Assembly: GCF_964213995.1 (NCBI RefSeq)
Contig: NW_027590205.1
Coordinates: forward strand, 372,001 to 436,000
Direction of reading: 5' to 3'
Source: Mustelus asterias
Taxonomy: Eukaryota
Length of the DNA: 64,000 nt
The translations under genes were made by a program, and so were the position numbers. Of the stretch, positions 60,301 through 64,000 are shown one piece after another; position 1 is the first letter of the stretch; every line of letters begins with the position of its first letter. The notes below the pieces were generated by a model. The model saw nothing but the letters and a program-made list of their open reading frames with translations. It made no database searches and was not told the origin of the DNA.

Positions 60301-62907
60301 ATCTACATTCTTCAGTTCCTGCCTAATATTGTTGTAATTAGCCTTCCCCCAATTTAGCACCTTCACTTGAGGACTACACTTATCTTTATCCATCAGTACC
60401 TTAAATCTTACTGAATTGTGGTCACTGTTCCAGAACTGTTGCCCCACTAAAACGTCGACTAGCTGGCCGGGCTCATTCCCCAATACAAGGTCCAGTACGG
60501 CCCCTTCCCTAGTTGGACTCTCTACATACTGTTTCAAGAAGCCCTCCTGGATGCTGCTTACAAACCTTGCCCCATCCACGCCCTTAGCACTAAGTGAGTC
60601 CCAGTCAATATGGGGTGTGTTAAAACCTCCCACCACAACAACCGTGTTACTTTGACACCTTGCAAAATTCTGCCTACATATTTGTTCTTCTATCTCCCAC
60701 TGGCTGTTGGGCGCCCTATTGTAAACCCCAACATTGTGACTACACCCTTCCTATTCCTGAGCTCTACCCATATTGCCTCGCTGTATGGGCCTCCGGGCTG
60801 TCCTCCCGCCATACAGCTGTGAGTTTCTCCTTAATCCTTAACTGCTCCATCCCTTTGATGTCTCCCTCGAACCAGCCTGATACATCTATCTGCTCAACGT
60901 TAAGCTGCCAATCCTGTCCTTCCCTTAAACAAGTCTCTGTAACAGCAACAACATCATAGTTCCAAGTACTAATCCAAGCCCTAAGTTCATCTGCTTTAAC
61001 TGTTACACTTCTTGCATTGAAACAAATGCATTTCAGTCACGTCTTTCATGAGCAACCACACCCTGACAGCCCTTTCTCTGAGTCTTAGTGGCCCTACTCT
61101 CTGGTTCCCCTTCAGTTAATTCACCTTTGCTTTGGTTCCCACTCCCCTGCCAAATTAGTGACATGAGCAAACCTCTCGGCCATAATATTTATACCCTTCC
61201 AGTTTAGATGCACCCCATCCTTCTTGTAGAGGTCCCACCTGCCCCAGAAGCGATCCCAATGGTCCAGATATCTGAAACCCTACCTCCTACACCAGCTGTT
61301 CAGCCATGTGTTGAGCTGTACTATCTTCCTATTTCTAGCCTCACTGGCACGTGGCATAGGAGTCATCCTGAGATTACAACCCGAGAGGTGCTGCTTTTTA
61401 ACTTTCGACTAAACTCCCTACACTGCTGCTGCAGGACCTCATCACTCTTCCTACCTATATCGTCAGTACGAATGTGTACCACAACCACTGGCTGTTCACC
61501 CTCTCCCTTCAGAATACTTTCTACCCGTTCAGAGACAGCCGGGACCCTGGCACCAGGGAGACAAGATACCATGCTGGAGGCTCTTTCACGTCCAAATCAA
61601 AATCATTTAAAAATCGTTTCAAATCATTTGGAAAACACATAAATTGTCAACATCGCTCCTCTGTCCCTAACAGGCCCATCACCCGTGGGTCCTCCCAATC
61701 ACCCCAACACCCATCACTCCTGAGTTCTGCACCATCCTGCATCCCACCACGAACCCCAGGATCCCTTATCACTCGAGACTCTCTCCATCACCTCTGGCTC
61801 CCTGTGTCATTCCTGCCTCACCATTTTCCCATGCACCCTGATTTTATTTCATCTAAGATTCCTTCCATTGTGTCACAGACGTGCCCATTTGTTCTATCAG
61901 GTCTGATTACATTAATACATTACAGCATGCAGAAGCACATCTCAATAACCCCTCAATCAAACTGGTAATTTTGCCAGCAGCATGATGTATGATCTCATTG
62001 TTTATTTCCCTTCCTTACAGTGAACTTAGTCACCATTGTGATCCTCATCTGCAAAAACTGTGGTCTCTCCAGATGTATCACTCATTACCTGGTGGCCATG
62101 TCATTGGCGGATCTACTGGTTATTATCCTCGACCTGATATTGAGACACATTCCGATTGTTTTTGATGAACAGTTTCATTTCCTGAAATTCATCCCCGTGT
62201 GTAATATCCACGCCGTCCTGCTTTATGCAGCCACTGACTGTTCTGTCTGGTTCACCATCACTTTCACCTTTGATCGATTTGTGGCCATTTGTTGCCAGAA
62301 GCTGAAAAATAAATATTGCAGCGAGAAAACGGCATCTGTGGCCTTGGGAACAGTGACTGCGCTGAGCTGCTTAAAGAATATTTTCTGGTATTTTATGGTA
62401 ACACGTCAGTATGTATTAATGAACGACCCTTGGTTTTGTAATTACTCATTTGATGTCCTGTTTTCTCCAGTTTGGGGAGCAATTGTGTTCCTCCATTACA
62501 TTCTAACCCCATGTATCCCATTTGTTCTGATTCTGCTGCTCAATGTTCTCACCGTCAGACACATTTTAGTGATGAGCAGAGCCCGCAGGAGACTCCGGGC
62601 TCACTGCAATGGGGAGAGTCTCAGAGATCCAGAAATAGAAAGTCGAAGGAAGTCCATCATTTTACTGTTTGTTATTTCAGCCAGTTTCATCCTGTTATGG
62701 TCAACGTTAATGATTGATACTTTATCTTTCCAGATGTTCTGGTTGGGGTATCCATCTCCATACCGTGCGTTTTTTGTTGGGGACTTGGGCTTCATGCTGC
62801 AGCTCCTGAGTTGCTGCACAAATACCTTTATTTATGCAGTCGCCCAGACTAAGTTCAGGGAGCAGTTGAAGAATGTGATGAAATATCCCTTTACTCAATG
62901 TCATTAA
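54369..62907 (+). CDS. Class A orphan GPCR, GPR139/GPR142-like; exon 1 54369-54543, exon 2 62021-62907, 353 aa
   Basis: Exon 1 ends YYPVLAIVGVP|gtaagt (phase 1); strong acceptor ttcccttccttacag; V-NLVTIVIL, LVAMSLADLL, FTFDRFVAIC, CTNTFIYA; seven hydrophobic segments, no stops. Confidence 0.88.
57374..57418 (-). ncRNA. Minimal type I hammerhead ribozyme of Penelope
   Basis: Reverse complement CCAC-tcac-CTGATGA-a-GGAGC-agcgagc-GCTCC-GAAA-GCTA-GTGG. Confidence 0.8.
59137..59181 (+). ncRNA. Minimal type I hammerhead ribozyme of Penelope (one stem II mismatch)
   Basis: CCAC-tcac-CTGACGA-a-AGAGC-agcgagc-GCTCC-GAAA-GCTA-GTGG. Confidence 0.72.
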
Positions 62908-62999
62908 GGGAAGAACTGAACCATTGAGAGTTTCCAGATTTTTTTTTCATTTTCATTTACATTTCCTGAACGGGGAGGGTACAGACAGGACAGGATCTC

Positions 63000-64000
63000 C
63001 ATAGATTCATACAGTTGTACAGCAGAATCGGTCCATCAAGTCTGCACCCACAATAACTACCACTCAAGTCGCATCACTTACATGCTCTAGCACTTGTCCC
63101 ATATCCTTGACTGTTATGATGTTTCATGTTCTCATCCAAATACTTTTTAAAGGTTGTAAGATTTCCTGCCTCCATTACATTCACAGGCAGTGCATTCCAG
63201 ATTCTCACCATCCACTGAGTATTTTTTTTTCAAATCCCCTCTGAATCCCCTGCTCCTTGCCGAAAAACTACGCCCCTTGTGATTCATCCACAACCAAGGG
63301 GAATAGCTGCTTCCCATTCAGCATGTCCATACCTCTCATAATCTTATTTACCTCAATCATGTCTCCTCGGCCACCTCTGTTCTAGAACAAAATAACAATC
63401 CAAGCCTATCCAGTCTCCCTTTATTGCTCAAATGCTCCATTCTATGCAAAAGTGTGGTGGATATCCTCTGTACCAGTGGAATCACATCCTTCCTATTGTG
63501 AGATGACCAGAACTGTACGCAATATCCCTGCCGCGGCCTAACCAGTGTTCTGTACAGCTCCAACATTATCCTTGCTCCTCTACTCTCTGCCAAAACTGTT
63601 AAAAGCAAGTGTCTGTATGTGTTCCTAAATATCATATTCAACTGCTCTGCGGCCTTGACGGATCTATGAATAATTACCCCAAGAACCCTCTATTCCTCTG
63701 AGCCTCCTCATGTCCTGCCATTCATTAAATACTCCCTTGTCTTGTTACTTCTCCCAAAGTGCATCAGCTCGCACTTATCAGGATTAAATACCATCTGCCA
63801 CTGCTCTGCCATCTGACCAACCCATCTATATCTTCCTGACAACTACAGCCTTTTTCTTTACTCTTAACCACCCCACCAACCTTGCTTATCATTCCTCTAC
63901 ATTATCATCTTATCATTTGTGTAGATAACAAACAATATGTGTCCCTGCACTGATCTTTGTGGCACGCCACTGGACACCAGCTTCCAGCCACTCAAGCAGC
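63000..64000 (-). mobile_element. Old CR1 3' portion running off the window
   Basis: ELYRTLVRPRQGYCVQFWS, GRLDRLGL, SGVP..S-like sequence at the window end. Confidence 0.8.

Larger units (their letters stand above)
56215..61590 (-). mobile_element. Near-full-length decayed CR1 in the GPCR intron
   Basis: ORF1 esterase piece (LPGARV, 61363-61572), endonuclease, RT motifs and 3' tail at ~56215; interrupted by Penelope. Confidence 0.9.

Overview
Vertebrate genomic DNA, most likely a shark or other elasmobranch (inferred from abundant HE1-type tRNA-headed SINEs, their CR1/HER1-type partner LINEs and Penelope elements). Most long ORFs in the track are LINE or Penelope fragments. Non-transposon content: (1) three + strand T-cell receptor alpha/delta-type V segments (27.7-28.2, 35.0-36.5 and 37.5-39.2 kb), each with a leader exon and a 23-bp-spacer RSS and each damaged, plus an orphan copy of the V1 promoter at 14.5 kb; (2) a tRNA cluster: an intact-looking tRNA-Pro(AGG) with an 18-nt intron at the canonical 37/38 position, a near-intact tRNA-Arg(ACG), Thr/Arg/Pro pseudogenes, and two oppositely oriented tandem arrays of a ~1.24-kb unit containing a tRNA-Val pseudogene and, in full-length units, a U3-A8 hammerhead ribozyme motif; these arrays bracket the V segments; (3) an intact two-exon GPR139/GPR142-like class A GPCR (54369-62907) whose intron holds a CR1 interrupted by an inverted-repeat Penelope element with two hammerheads. 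All calls were made by eye; no searches were run, and repeat boundaries are approximate.
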